From: Eubacteriales bacterium
Lineage (GTDB): Bacteria; Bacillota; Clostridia; Oscillospirales; CAG-272
Assembly: GCA_045540335.1 (NCBI GenBank)
Contig: JAZQHC010000041.1
Coordinates: 986-64,985, forward strand
Direction: 5' to 3'
Length of the DNA: 64,000 nucleotides
The notes under the pieces: model-generated
Told to the model about the DNA's origin: nothing
Database searches by the model: none
Seen by the model: only the letters and a program-made list of their open reading frames with translations
Translations under genes and position numbers: made by a program
Shown: piece after piece, positions 49,757 to 59,940 of the stretch
How the letters are laid out: each line of letters begins with the position of its first letter
How positions within the stretch are numbered: position 1 is the stretch's first letter

Positions 49757-51259
49757 TTACAGCTTAATTTCGTTTTCTATTTCTGCAATTTCCCTTTCAA
49801 ACAGGGGTTCTGACTTTATTCGGTTTTCCACAACATCAACAGAGTTGATTATAGTCGAATGGTCGCGCCCGAAGATAGAACCTATCTGTTTATAAGAATA
49901 AGACGTGCATTTTTTCACAAAGTAGATAACTATGTGGCGTGCGGTTGCAACCTCTTTCCTTTTGGATTTGCTTTTTATCTCGTTTTCGTCGATATTCATA
50001 CGCTTTGCCACGATTTTAAGTATCTTATCGGTTATAACCTGCGGCGAAGCATCAATATTCATCATATCGGAAATGGTGCGCTTTGCCATATCGTACGTTA
50101 TCGGTACGCCGTACAGCGCGCTTTTTGCGGCAAGCTTTTTAAGCGAGCCTTCTATTTGCCTTATATTTCTGCTTAACGTTTCTGCAAGAAGATTAACTAC
50201 GTCGTCGGGAATGGAAATACCGTATGATTCCGCCTTGCTTCTGATAATTGCAGAACGCAATTCGTAATCCGGCGGCTGGATATCTGCAATAAGGCCCATT
50301 TCAAAACGGTTTTGAAGCCTGTCCTGCAGGGTTTTTATATCTCTGGGCGGTTTATCCGAGGTAAGTATTATCTGCTTGTGGCTTTCGTACAAAGCGTTGA
50401 ACGTGTGGAAAAACTCTTCCTGCACGCTTTCCTTACCTGCTATAAACTGAATATCGTCTATAAGCAGCACGTCAACCGAGCGATATTTATTGCGGAAGAT
50501 TATCGGCCCGTCTTTTATGCGGATGCTTTCTATAAGCTGGTTTGTAAATTCTTCACCCTTTACGTAGATTATTTTAAGCGAAGGGTCGTTAGTAAGCAAT
50601 TCGTTCGTTATTGCGTACAAAAGGTGCGTTTTTCCAAGGCCGCTGGGCCCATATACGAAAAGCGGGTTCCACGCTGTGGAAGGATTCGTTGCTACTGCGT
50701 AGCAGGCGTTGTAAACGAACCTGTTTGAAGAACCTACTATATAGTTATCAAACGTATAATCGTTATTTATAGTCGTTTTGAAGTTTATCTGCGGGGAATA
50801 AATGCTTCTTTCGTTTTCTGCCTGCTTTTCCTTTGCATCGGTAGAAAAGAAATTTACCTCGTCGCCGGCGGCGATATTCGATATGTTTTCTTTTACAGGC
50901 TCTGCCTCTTTCGTTCTGGGCGAGGGGCGCTGATAAACGTCAAGCCCGTCGTATTCGGAATTTTGCAGATCATACTCTATATCCTCTTTTATCTGGCGAA
51001 GGTTTTTCGCATCTTTATCGAGGGAATAAATATAGATTATTTTAAATTCTCCAAGAACCTTGTGAAGAACCCTTTCAAGTATTCGCGTTTCGTTACGCAC
51101 GAAATCCAGCGTTGCACTTGTGGGCGTCATCAATACGGCATATTCAGACTCTATTTCTACGATTTGCACGTTTGCAAACCAAGAGTTTATTTTCATTTCG
51201 GTAAATTCTTTTTTTAATTCGAGCAGAACACTTTCCCAAATATCTTCGTATGTACTCAT
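49757..51259 (-). CDS. dnaA: Chromosomal replication initiator DnaA
   Basis: YTFDNYIVGSSN, NPLFVYGPSGLGKTHLL, LLIDDIQF, QEEFFHTFN, RDHSTI. Confidence 0.98.
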   Translation of the reverse strand: MSTYEDIWESVLLELKKEFTEMKINSWFANVQIVEIESEYAVLMTPTSATLDFVRNETRILERVLHKVLGEFKIIYIYSLDKDAKNLRQIKEDIEYDLQNSEYDGLDVYQRPSPRTKEAEPVKENISNIAAGDEVNFFSTDAKEKQAENERSIYSPQINFKTTINNDYTFDNYIVGSSNRFVYNACYAVATNPSTAWNPLFVYGPSGLGKTHLLYAITNELLTNDPSLKIIYVKGEEFTNQLIESIRIKDGPIIFRNKYRSVDVLLIDDIQFIAGKESVQEEFFHTFNALYESHKQIILTSDKPPRDIKTLQDRLQNRFEMGLIADIQPPDYELRSAIIRSKAESYGISIPDDVVNLLAETLSRNIRQIEGSLKKLAAKSALYGVPITYDMAKRTISDMMNIDASPQVITDKILKIVAKRMNIDENEIKSKSKRKEVATARHIVIYFVKKCTSYSYKQIGSIFGRDHSTIINSVDVVENRIKSEPLFEREIAEIENEIKL

Positions 51260-51529
51260 TTATGCGCTTCCTTTTTATGATTTATATATCTATCCATTTT
51301 AACATTATACCACCCTATCATAATAACATACTTATCTAAAAATTGCAATATATAATTTTTAAATAATTATATTATATAATATAGGATATATGAAATAAGC
51401 GTTTTATACAAAAACAAACGGGATATTTTGTGAAATACGCGAATTGCAAAACCGAAAAAAAGTATTATATAATTATTTTATATAATGGGGTAGTAATACC
51501 ATTAAAAAGTAATTATGCAGGGGGAAGAA

Positions 51530-54500
51530 ATGGCGAATTTTAAAAGAATAATTTCGGTTCTTTGTGCGGGCGCGATAACATTTGGCGCAGTAGGCATTTT
51601 TGCCCAAAATAATACCGATACCGTTCCATACGACGGAAGCGGCGTGTATTTTAAAGAGGTAAACGGCGAACCCTATATATTCGGCGTTGCACCGAAAACT
51701 ACGGTGCAGGGGCTTAAAAATCTGCTTGGCGGCGAATGCGTTACAGATGAAGAAGGCGAATATGTAAAAACAGGTACAAGGGTTATAACGTATAAAAACG
51801 ATACACAGGAAAATATATCGACCGTAATAATCCACGGCGACGTGGATTGCGACGGTAAGGTTACCGCGAAGGACGTTGTAAAAATTAAAAAATACGTTGC
51901 AGGACAACCGTTTTCGATAAACGAGGTTGCGGCTGATATAGATATGGACGGCGACGTTGACGAAAACGACAAGCAGCTTGCATCTGAAAAGGCAAACGCG
52001 GTATTAACGTCGTTAAAGGTGGCAAAAAAACCTGAAAAATCCGTTTATACAGACGGGGAAAAGCTTGAATGTAACGGTTTGATATTATCTGCCGTATATT
52101 CAAACGGGGATACCTTCGGCGTTGCCGACGGATATCAAACCGAATATCCCGCAGGCGACGGCAGGCTTTCGCAAAAATATCAATACGTTACGGTAAATTA
52201 CGGCGGCGTAAGCGCAAAATTACCTTTAACGGTAAACGAATATTCTTCACACGCGATAACCGATACGGTTTATTACACTATGCCTGCAATACCTGCACAA
52301 GCGGGTGTTAAGGTAGATCTTTCGAAGTACAGCGTGCAGTTTTCACTTGGGCAAACGGTGTCAAGCGGTATTACGTGGGCTTCAAGCGAATTGACGGTTT
52401 CGGCAAATACCGTAACGCCGAAAGCAAAGGGCGTATATACGCTTAATGCATCGTACAACGGAAAAACAAAGGCTGTGTATCTCGTTGTAAAGGAAAGAAC
52501 AGACAGCGAATACGTGCTTTACGAAAACAGCTTTGATAACGGCGCGGGTGACTTGCGCGTTACGCAAAACGCAAGCCTTGTAAGCGCATCAAACGGAAAA
52601 ATGACGATAGGCGCAAAAAATTCCGCAGCTACGGTGCTTTTGCCTGAATACGTAAGCAGCTTCGGTGATTACAAAATCACGGCAAGCACCTGCGTTTCGG
52701 CATATGCAAGCGAAAAAAATACCGTAAGTCTTTTGTATCGCGGCGGATATTCTATGGACGTAATGGCAAACGCGTCGTTTGAAAACAGCGGCGTATCGCT
52801 TAATTATACGCTTAACGGTACGAAATACGCTTTGAATACAAATTCGTATTCAAAGCCGCTTAACAAGGTGGAATTTTACGATATTACGCTTGACGTTCAC
52901 GGCGTATGCAGTGAAGGGTACGTAAACGGTGCGCGGCTTGTTTCTTCCTTTGAAAACAACGGTGCGTATAACGGCAACGTAGGTATATACGCAAGCGGTG
53001 TAACCGCGGTTTTGGAAGATATCAAGGTAACGCTTGATTTTGATAAGCCTTCAACACACGGCACGGTAGGCTATACTATGCCTGCGATACCTGCAATTTC
53101 GGGTAATTCGATATGGCTTAACGGCTACGACGTACAGTTTAACGATGGGCAAGCCGTAAACGCGAAGGATATCACGTGGTCTTCAAGTGAAATAACCGTT
53201 TCTTCAAACGGTGTTGTAACGCCATCGTCGGCAGGTGTTTATAAGCTTACGGCAAAGGCTTCTGCCAATACGAAAACAGTATATCTTGTAGTTAAAAATG
53301 CCGCAGACAGCGAATATCTGCTTTATAATAACGAATTTTCTTCGTTTGACGGAATAACAAAGGTTTCCGGCACTTCAAGCGTTTCGGGCGGAAAGCTTTA
53401 TCTTAACGGAAAAACGACACCCACCACCGTGGTATTTCCCGATTACATAGGCGATTTCGGCAATTACAGCATAGAAACGAATTTTACGATTTCAGAATAT
53501 GAAAACGACGGCTCGTGGTTAAGTATAATGTTCCGCGTTAAAGACCCCGCCAACGATTATTATCAGTTAAACGTAAGGCAAAACGCGGCGAACAATTCGT
53601 ATAACGGCGTTGAATTAACAAGCAACAACAACGGCACGTGGCAATATTTACAAATGAATTCGTATAAAGAGGCGCTGGCGCTTTCAAAATCGTATAAATT
53701 TAAAGTAGATGTTAAAGACGACGTTGCCAAGGGGTATATAGACGGCAACAGTATGATATTCTGTGATACGGTAAACGCAAGGTCAACGGGCAAGGCGGCA
53801 CTTCAGACGTACGGAATAAACGCGGCGTTTGAAAACGTAAAAATAACGCTTGATTTCGACAGCTGTGCAAATTACCGTGCAGAGGAATATTTTGATTATT
53901 CAAGCATAAAGCCTGATAATACGTATGTTACCGAATACTACGGGGAAGAGCTTCTTTCGTATTACGATTGCGACCAAGGCGATTTTTACGGCGCGTGCAG
54001 TTATTTTGAAAAAAGCGGCGCAAGGCTTTACAACAAGCATAATATGAACAACGGTAACCTTTCCGCAACGTACGTTTCGGGCGGCAGCTATTACCACGTT
54101 TATTATCTTAAGACCGAGGGCGAATTAAACGTTGTGGTTTCGGCAAACGGCGCACATCTTTTACCCGATAATATTCCCGAAAAAATAACGGGTGATTATA
54201 TGCCCACCGTAACGCAGGTATATTCCTTCAGGGTAAACGGAATGACGTATATAATCCAGCTGGCAGATGGCACGTTTATAGTTTACGACGGCGGCTGGGA
54301 AGACGTAACGGAAGACCTTTGGGCAGCCCTTACAAGGCTTAACGGCGGCGAAGAGGGAATAGTTGTACGTTCTTGGATACTTACCCACGCACATGAAGAC
54401 CATACGTACGGATTTATAGATTTCAGCGAAAAATACGCTTCTAAAATAAAGGTAGAACGAATAATGATATCGCCGATTTCCGCAAGCGATACGGATACGC

Positions 54501-55006
54501 TCGGATTCCCGTTTTACGTTGAAGACCTTGTATCTACCGTTGCAAAACGATTCAAGGGTGCTGTTATATGCCCCGTTCATACGGGAATGCTGTTTAATTA
54601 TTGCGGCGTAAAGCTTGAAATATTGATGGCGGCAGAGGAAATATATAAAGACGATTTTTCATCTAACTTCAATAATACAAGTATGGTTTCGAGAATATTC
54701 AACGGCGAATATTCGTGCCTGTTCCTTGCGGATGCCGCAAAGGAAAGCGCGAAAAAGCTGATAACGTACTATAATTACTATATGACAAGTAATATGTGCC
54801 AGGTATCGCACCACGGCGTAGAGAATTTCCCCCTTGCCGGTTATAAGCGTATAAGGGCAAATACTTTATGGTATCCGTGTGATACGTACCTGTATGAATT
54901 GCCTGACAGAGATGCAGACGTTCGTGCGGCATTGCGCGAATACACATATACAAAAGAGATAATTCTTCACGATTCGGGCACGGTAACAAGAAAATTCGGC
55001 TATTGA
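51530..55006 (+). CDS. Secreted modular protein: dockerin-like domain, Ig-like domain, duplicated Ig plus lectin-like (DUF1080-like) modules, C-terminal ComEC-like metallo-beta-lactamase-fold hydrolase
   Basis: Signal peptide; GDVDCDGKVTAKD..ADIDMDGDVDEND; YTMPAIPA repeat x2; YDGG, THAHEDH, NNTSMV, LADA, SHHG. Confidence 0.8.
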   Translation: MANFKRIISVLCAGAITFGAVGIFAQNNTDTVPYDGSGVYFKEVNGEPYIFGVAPKTTVQGLKNLLGGECVTDEEGEYVKTGTRVITYKNDTQENISTVIIHGDVDCDGKVTAKDVVKIKKYVAGQPFSINEVAADIDMDGDVDENDKQLASEKANAVLTSLKVAKKPEKSVYTDGEKLECNGLILSAVYSNGDTFGVADGYQTEYPAGDGRLSQKYQYVTVNYGGVSAKLPLTVNEYSSHAITDTVYYTMPAIPAQAGVKVDLSKYSVQFSLGQTVSSGITWASSELTVSANTVTPKAKGVYTLNASYNGKTKAVYLVVKERTDSEYVLYENSFDNGAGDLRVTQNASLVSASNGKMTIGAKNSAATVLLPEYVSSFGDYKITASTCVSAYASEKNTVSLLYRGGYSMDVMANASFENSGVSLNYTLNGTKYALNTNSYSKPLNKVEFYDITLDVHGVCSEGYVNGARLVSSFENNGAYNGNVGIYASGVTAVLEDIKVTLDFDKPSTHGTVGYTMPAIPAISGNSIWLNGYDVQFNDGQAVNAKDITWSSSEITVSSNGVVTPSSAGVYKLTAKASANTKTVYLVVKNAADSEYLLYNNEFSSFDGITKVSGTSSVSGGKLYLNGKTTPTTVVFPDYIGDFGNYSIETNFTISEYENDGSWLSIMFRVKDPANDYYQLNVRQNAANNSYNGVELTSNNNGTWQYLQMNSYKEALALSKSYKFKVDVKDDVAKGYIDGNSMIFCDTVNARSTGKAALQTYGINAAFENVKITLDFDSCANYRAEEYFDYSSIKPDNTYVTEYYGEELLSYYDCDQGDFYGACSYFEKSGARLYNKHNMNNGNLSATYVSGGSYYHVYYLKTEGELNVVVSANGAHLLPDNIPEKITGDYMPTVTQVYSFRVNGMTYIIQLADGTFIVYDGGWEDVTEDLWAALTRLNGGEEGIVVRSWILTHAHEDHTYGFIDFSEKYASKIKVERIMISPISASDTDTLGFPFYVEDLVSTVAKRFKGAVICPVHTGMLFNYCGVKLEILMAAEEIYKDDFSSNFNNTSMVSRIFNGEYSCLFLADAAKESAKKLITYYNYYMTSNMCQVSHHGVENFPLAGYKRIRANTLWYPCDTYLYELPDRDADVRAALREYTYTKEIILHDSGTVTRKFGY

Positions 55007-55010
55007 TAAA

Positions 55011-55045
55011 ATACGCACCCCTTAAATTTATAAAGGGGTGCGTAT
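55011..55045 (+). terminator. Intrinsic terminator
   Basis: atacgcacccctt..aaggggtgcgtat. Confidence 0.7.
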
Positions 55046-55184
55046 TGCTTTATATGGAAATCTGCGTATGAATACGGCGTTAAAATAAGATAATAAAATA
55101 TATTTTAAATTTAGAAAAATATATTGAATTGTTTTATATTGTGTGTTATAATCCACTTGATATATATTTTTTTGGGGGAATGAA

Positions 55185-57104
55185 ATGAAACACGGTTTTA
55201 TTAAAATAGGTGCGGCGTGCATCAAGACAGCCGTAGGCAACCCTTTAAAAAATGCAGAAGAAATAATAAAAACGGTTCAAAAAGCGGATTCGCTTGGCGT
55301 AAAGCTGTTGTGCTTTTCAGAGCTTTGCGTTACGGGCTGCAACTGCGGGGATCTGTTTTATTCTGATATTTTGATTTGCAAGGCAAAAAAGGCATTGCTT
55401 GAAATTGCCGAAAAAACAAGTAATTGCGATACGGTGTTTACCGTTGGCTTACCTGTAAGGGTATCTTCTAAAATATATAACTGTGCCGTGGTAATACACG
55501 GCGGAAGTATAATGGGCATAGTTCCGCAGATAAACGTTACAGACAAGCATTTTACGCCGTTTGATGCGGAAAAAACGGAATATTTGTACGATTTTATCCC
55601 AAGCGACGACGGATACGTGCAGACTGTACCTTTTTCAACCAATATAACGTTTTATTGCAAGGGTGTTGAAAATTACCGCTTTGCAATATGCGTTGGAAAC
55701 GACCTTTTGTGTATGCAAGACAGCGCGAAAAAGCTTTGCGCGCGCGGGGCGAAGATTATTTTAAACCCCGCTTCTTCAAAAGAAACGGTATGCTCTAACG
55801 AAAAAAGAAAAGCGGCGATAAGCGCATCGTGCGGTAGGTATGCCTGTTGCGTGGTTTCATCGCTTCCGGATGAAAGCGATACGACCGCAAGCGGCGTATA
55901 TTCTGCAAACCACATGATTGGCGAATGCGGAAAAATACTGTGCGAAAACGCCCCATTTGGTGAAGAAAAGCTTTTGATAACCGAAACAGACGTTTCGTAT
56001 ATTGCATTCGTAAGGGGAAGGGATACGTTATATTGCGAAAGCACGGCTGCATTTTCTTCTGCCTGCGATTTTAACGATGTGGAGATAGAACAGCAGATAA
56101 CGCAAACGCCCATTACAAGAAAAATAAGTAAAAATCCATTTATGCCCGACGGCTGTGATATGGCAAAAAGGGCAGACCATATATTTGAAATTCAAGCAAG
56201 GGCATTATGTAAAAGAATGAATGCCTCTTACAGCAAAAAAATGATAATAGGTATATCGGGCGGGCTTGATTCTACGTTGGCTTTGCTTGTATGCGTAAAG
56301 GCGTGCGGTATTTTGGGGTACCCTAACGAAAACGTTATTGCCGTTACCATGCCTTGCTTCGGCACAACGAAAAGAACGAAATCAAACGCGCAGATATTGT
56401 GCAAGGCACTCGGCGTTGATTTCAGAACGGTTGATATATCAAACGCGGTAAAGGTGCATTTTGCAGACATCTGCCACGACGAGGGCGTAAGAAACGCCGC
56501 GTACGAAAATTCTCAAGCGAGGGAACGCACCCAGATATTGATGGATATTGCAAACGACGAAAACGCGCTTGTTATAGGTACGGGCGATTTAAGCGAGCTG
56601 GCGCTTGGCTGGTGCACGTACAACGGCGACCATATGTCTATGTACGGCGTTAACTGCTCGATACCCAAAACGTTGATGAGATATATCGTGGGCCGTATTG
56701 CAAAAACGGAAGAAGAAAAGAAAAATACCGATATCTCGCGTACCTTGTACGATATTCTCGAAACGCCCGTTTCGCCGGAGCTTATCCCCCCGAAGAACGG
56801 TCAGATAACCCAATGCACCGAAGAAATAATAGGCAGCTACGGGCTGCACGACTTTTTCATTTATCATACCATACACAGCGGATATGGAAAAGAAAAGCTT
56901 TTGCTTCTTGCAAAATACGTTTTTGCGGGTGAATATTCCGAAGAATATATCGAAAAGTATTTAAATCTGTTCTGCAAACGCTTCGCAACGCAGCAATTTA
57001 AGCGTTCTTGCAGCCCCGACGGGGCAATAGTGGGAAGTGTTAATATTTCCCCTGCGTGCGGTTTTTATATGCCGTCTGACGTTGACGGCGACGTGTTATT
57101 GTAA
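55185..57104 (+). CDS. nadE: NAD+ synthetase, two-domain type (nitrilase-like plus synthetase)
   Basis: [57 protein letters not shown]. Confidence 0.93.
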   Translation: MKHGFIKIGAACIKTAVGNPLKNAEEIIKTVQKADSLGVKLLCFSELCVTGCNCGDLFYSDILICKAKKALLEIAEKTSNCDTVFTVGLPVRVSSKIYNCAVVIHGGSIMGIVPQINVTDKHFTPFDAEKTEYLYDFIPSDDGYVQTVPFSTNITFYCKGVENYRFAICVGNDLLCMQDSAKKLCARGAKIILNPASSKETVCSNEKRKAAISASCGRYACCVVSSLPDESDTTASGVYSANHMIGECGKILCENAPFGEEKLLITETDVSYIAFVRGRDTLYCESTAAFSSACDFNDVEIEQQITQTPITRKISKNPFMPDGCDMAKRADHIFEIQARALCKRMNASYSKKMIIGISGGLDSTLALLVCVKACGILGYPNENVIAVTMPCFGTTKRTKSNAQILCKALGVDFRTVDISNAVKVHFADICHDEGVRNAAYENSQARERTQILMDIANDENALVIGTGDLSELALGWCTYNGDHMSMYGVNCSIPKTLMRYIVGRIAKTEEEKKNTDISRTLYDILETPVSPELIPPKNGQITQCTEEIIGSYGLHDFFIYHTIHSGYGKEKLLLLAKYVFAGEYSEEYIEKYLNLFCKRFATQQFKRSCSPDGAIVGSVNISPACGFYMPSDVDGDVLL

Positions 57105-57127
57105 TTTATAAAAGGGAGAATAGAAAA

Positions 57128-58372
57128 ATGGTAACTGAAAACATGAAATTCCTTGCAGAGTTTGACAGTGAAGTTGCACAGGCAGTAGAGAAAGAGTATG
57201 ACCGCCAAAGAAACGGCATCGAGCTGATAGCTTCTGAAAACTTCGTTTCAAAAGCGGTAATGTCGGCGGCTTCTACCGTACTTACGAACAAATACGCAGA
57301 GGGATATCCCGGTAAAAGATATTACGGCGGATGCGAATGCGTTGACGTTGTTGAAAACATTGCTATCGAAAGGGCGAAGAAGCTTTTCGGCGCAAATTAT
57401 GCAAACGTTCAGCCGCACTCGGGCGCACAGGCAAACACAGCAGTATATATTGCACTTCTTAAAGCAGGCGATACCGTTATGGGTATGTCGTTGGCACACG
57501 GCGGCCATTTAACGCACGGCTCGCCCGTAAACCTCAGCGGCTTGTACTACAACTTCGTAGCATACGGGGTTGACAGCGAAACACACCGCATAGATTACGA
57601 CGCACTTGAAAAGCAAGCACAAGAATGCAAGCCGAAGCTTATCGTTGCAGGTGCATCTGCATATCCCAGATTTATAGATTTTGAAAGAATGGCAAATATC
57701 GCGCACAGCGTAGGTGCATATCTTATGGTGGATATGGCGCACATTGCAGGCCTTGTTGCCGCAGGCGTTCACCCTTCGCCCATGCCCTATGCCGACGTAG
57801 TTACCACGACGACACATAAAACGTTAAGAGGTCCGAGGGGCGGTATTATCCTTACCAACGATGAAGAAATAGCAAAGAAAATAAACAAAGCAGTATTCCC
57901 CGGTACGCAGGGCGGCCCGTTGATGCACATTATCACGGCGAAGGCAGTTTGCTTCGGTGAAGCGTTGAAGCCCGAATTTACCGAATACGGCAAAAAGGTA
58001 GTGGAAAATGCAAAGGTTCTTGCACAAACGCTTGTACAAGAGGGCTTTAACCTTGTTTCCGGCGGTACGGATAACCATTTGATGCTTGTGGATCTTCGCC
58101 CTTTTAACATCACGGGTAAAGAGCTTGAAAAAAGGCTTGATACGGTTCACATAACGGTTAATAAAAACGCTATACCCGACGATCCCCAATCGCCGTTCGT
58201 TACAAGCGGTATCCGTATAGGTACCCCTGCCGCTACAACGAGGGGGCTTGGCGTTGAAGAAATGAAAACGCTTGGCAAGCTGATAAAGCTTACCGCTACC
58301 GAATACGAGGAAAAGGCAGATTATATCAGGGCAGAGGTTGCAAAGATCTGCGAAAAATATCCCCTTTATTAA
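57128..58372 (+). CDS. glyA: Serine hydroxymethyltransferase
   Basis: [43 protein letters not shown]. Confidence 0.98.
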   Translation: MVTENMKFLAEFDSEVAQAVEKEYDRQRNGIELIASENFVSKAVMSAASTVLTNKYAEGYPGKRYYGGCECVDVVENIAIERAKKLFGANYANVQPHSGAQANTAVYIALLKAGDTVMGMSLAHGGHLTHGSPVNLSGLYYNFVAYGVDSETHRIDYDALEKQAQECKPKLIVAGASAYPRFIDFERMANIAHSVGAYLMVDMAHIAGLVAAGVHPSPMPYADVVTTTTHKTLRGPRGGIILTNDEEIAKKINKAVFPGTQGGPLMHIITAKAVCFGEALKPEFTEYGKKVVENAKVLAQTLVQEGFNLVSGGTDNHLMLVDLRPFNITGKELEKRLDTVHITVNKNAIPDDPQSPFVTSGIRIGTPAATTRGLGVEEMKTLGKLIKLTATEYEEKADYIRAEVAKICEKYPLY

Positions 58373-58440
58373 ACGATAACAAAAAATACTCCCTTGCATA
58401 TGATATGTAAGGGAGAATTTTTTTGTAAAGGTGTGATCTT

Positions 58441-58593
58441 TTGCGTGGCTGTAACCAAAGGCTAAAGCTTGTAACAACGGGCGCTGTGTGCTTCGGCGCG
58501 GGCGTGCTTTTATGTATGTTTTTACCGCACGGCGTAATGCTTGCCGTGCAGGCGCTTATCGTGTGCGCCATAGGAATTCTGTTTATTTTATAG
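58441..58593 (+). CDS. Small 50-aa two-helix membrane protein (not in ORF track)
   Basis: TTG start after AAGGTG; MRGCNQRLKLVTTGAVCFGAGVLLCMFLPHGVMLAVQALIVCAIGILFIL; stop overlaps the spoVM RBS. Confidence 0.65.
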   Translation: MRGCNQRLKLVTTGAVCFGAGVLLCMFLPHGVMLAVQALIVCAIGILFIL

Positions 58594-58604
58594 GAGTTAT
58601 ATAT

Positions 58605-58676
58605 ATGAAGATAGTTATCGTAAGATCTAACGGCTTTTTGTCGGCAATACTTAAAAGGGTATTTAAAATAAAGTAA
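58605..58676 (+). CDS. spoVM: Stage V sporulation protein M (23-aa amphipathic peptide)
   Basis: MKIVIVRSNGFLSAILKRVFKIK after AGGAG RBS; matches the clostridial SpoVM pattern. Confidence 0.75.
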   Translation: MKIVIVRSNGFLSAILKRVFKIK

Positions 58677-58709
58677 CTGCAATTTACCCGCTTGCGGTTA
58701 AATATATAG

Positions 58710-58752
58710 AAGCCGTTTAAGGTAAGAGACTTACTTTAAACGGCTTTATTTT
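58710..58752. terminator. Intrinsic terminator between convergent genes
   Basis: aagccgtttaaggtaag-a-gacttactttaaacggctttattt. Confidence 0.65.
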
Positions 58753-58791
58753 ATTATTGCACTTAGCCGGTGGTTATGACTGTAACGTTGT

Positions 58792-59904
58792 TTAATCTAA
58801 ATTTTCATCCTTGGGCAGGTATTTGAAAATGTGTATTTTGCCTTTATCGTTAAGGTCTTTTAAAAGCGCTATCGTTATCGGCAAGCCGAACAGACCCAAT
58901 ACGCCGAAAAGCGAAGTGCCGACTATCATAGCCATAAGCGTTACAACGGGGTGAAGCCCTACTTGATTTCCGATTATCTTCGGTTCTATCGTGTGGCGGA
59001 TAACGGTTATTATAAGATATATTATAAACAGCATTATACCCATTCTGTAATCGCCGAGAAGTATTGATATTACGCCCCAAGGGATAAGCACCGTACCCGT
59101 TCCCACAATGGGAAGAATATCAAACAAAGCGATTATAAACGCGTAGAATATCGTCATACCCACAGATGGAAACATTGTTGTTTCTATCAATCCCGCTATC
59201 AAAAACAAAATGCACAATTCGCAAAATGTTATAGAAAGTATCAACGCGTAAGAACGGATATATTTAAACAGTATTTCCGTAACGTATTTTTTAACTTCTA
59301 TTACGGTGTGTCTCGTTTTTTCCGGTATCTGGTAAAGCACCCAGCGTGTAAGCAACGGATAATCCACGCACATGAAAAACGTCGATATCGTACCTACCAG
59401 CACGGATATAAATATGGTGGGCACGCTTACTATTATCTCTGTCGTAGTATCGAATATCGTGCTGAAGCTTGGTATAAGATCAGACATTTTAGGAACTAAT
59501 TCTTTATAATCAAGCGAAATATCAGCATCAAAGTTACGCAAAAACGATTGCACGTGATCTATAAGGTTCGTAAGCGCAGGCTGAACGGTACTTGTATAAT
59601 ATTCCGGTGCTTTTGCAACAAGGTCTTTAGTTAAAATAACTACTTCTATCCCTATGCAGACTACCACCGTGCCTACCGTACATATAAACAGTATCAGCGT
59701 TATTATGGCAAGCGGCCTTTGCTTTAAATGCGTAGTGCGCTTTAAAAAGCGTATTATCGGCTGCAGTAAAGAAGAAATGATAAACGCCACCACAAACGGT
59801 GCAAGCGCAAAAAGCGCGTATTTGAAAGCGAAAAATACTATCGCTATTATAGTTACAACGTATAATACGTTTATTATAAATCGTCTTCTGTTTTCAGTTT
59901 TCAT
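58792..59904 (-). CDS. ytvI: AI-2E family transporter / sporulation membrane protein YtvI
   Basis: PFVVAFIISSLLQP, DILPIVGTGTVLIPW, IEPKIIGNQVGLHP. Confidence 0.85.
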   Translation of the reverse strand: MKTENRRRFIINVLYVVTIIAIVFFAFKYALFALAPFVVAFIISSLLQPIIRFLKRTTHLKQRPLAIITLILFICTVGTVVVCIGIEVVILTKDLVAKAPEYYTSTVQPALTNLIDHVQSFLRNFDADISLDYKELVPKMSDLIPSFSTIFDTTTEIIVSVPTIFISVLVGTISTFFMCVDYPLLTRWVLYQIPEKTRHTVIEVKKYVTEILFKYIRSYALILSITFCELCILFLIAGLIETTMFPSVGMTIFYAFIIALFDILPIVGTGTVLIPWGVISILLGDYRMGIMLFIIYLIITVIRHTIEPKIIGNQVGLHPVVTLMAMIVGTSLFGVLGLFGLPITIALLKDLNDKGKIHIFKYLPKDENLD

Positions 59905-59940
59905 ATTTTCCCCTTTAAACAAAGAAGTTGCGGGCGGATC

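Noticed and set aside
58488-58604. 62-aa ORF 58488-58676 as a single protein
   Set aside because: Only the last 23 codons (spoVM) have an RBS. The upstream part overlaps a better 50-aa ORF in another frame.
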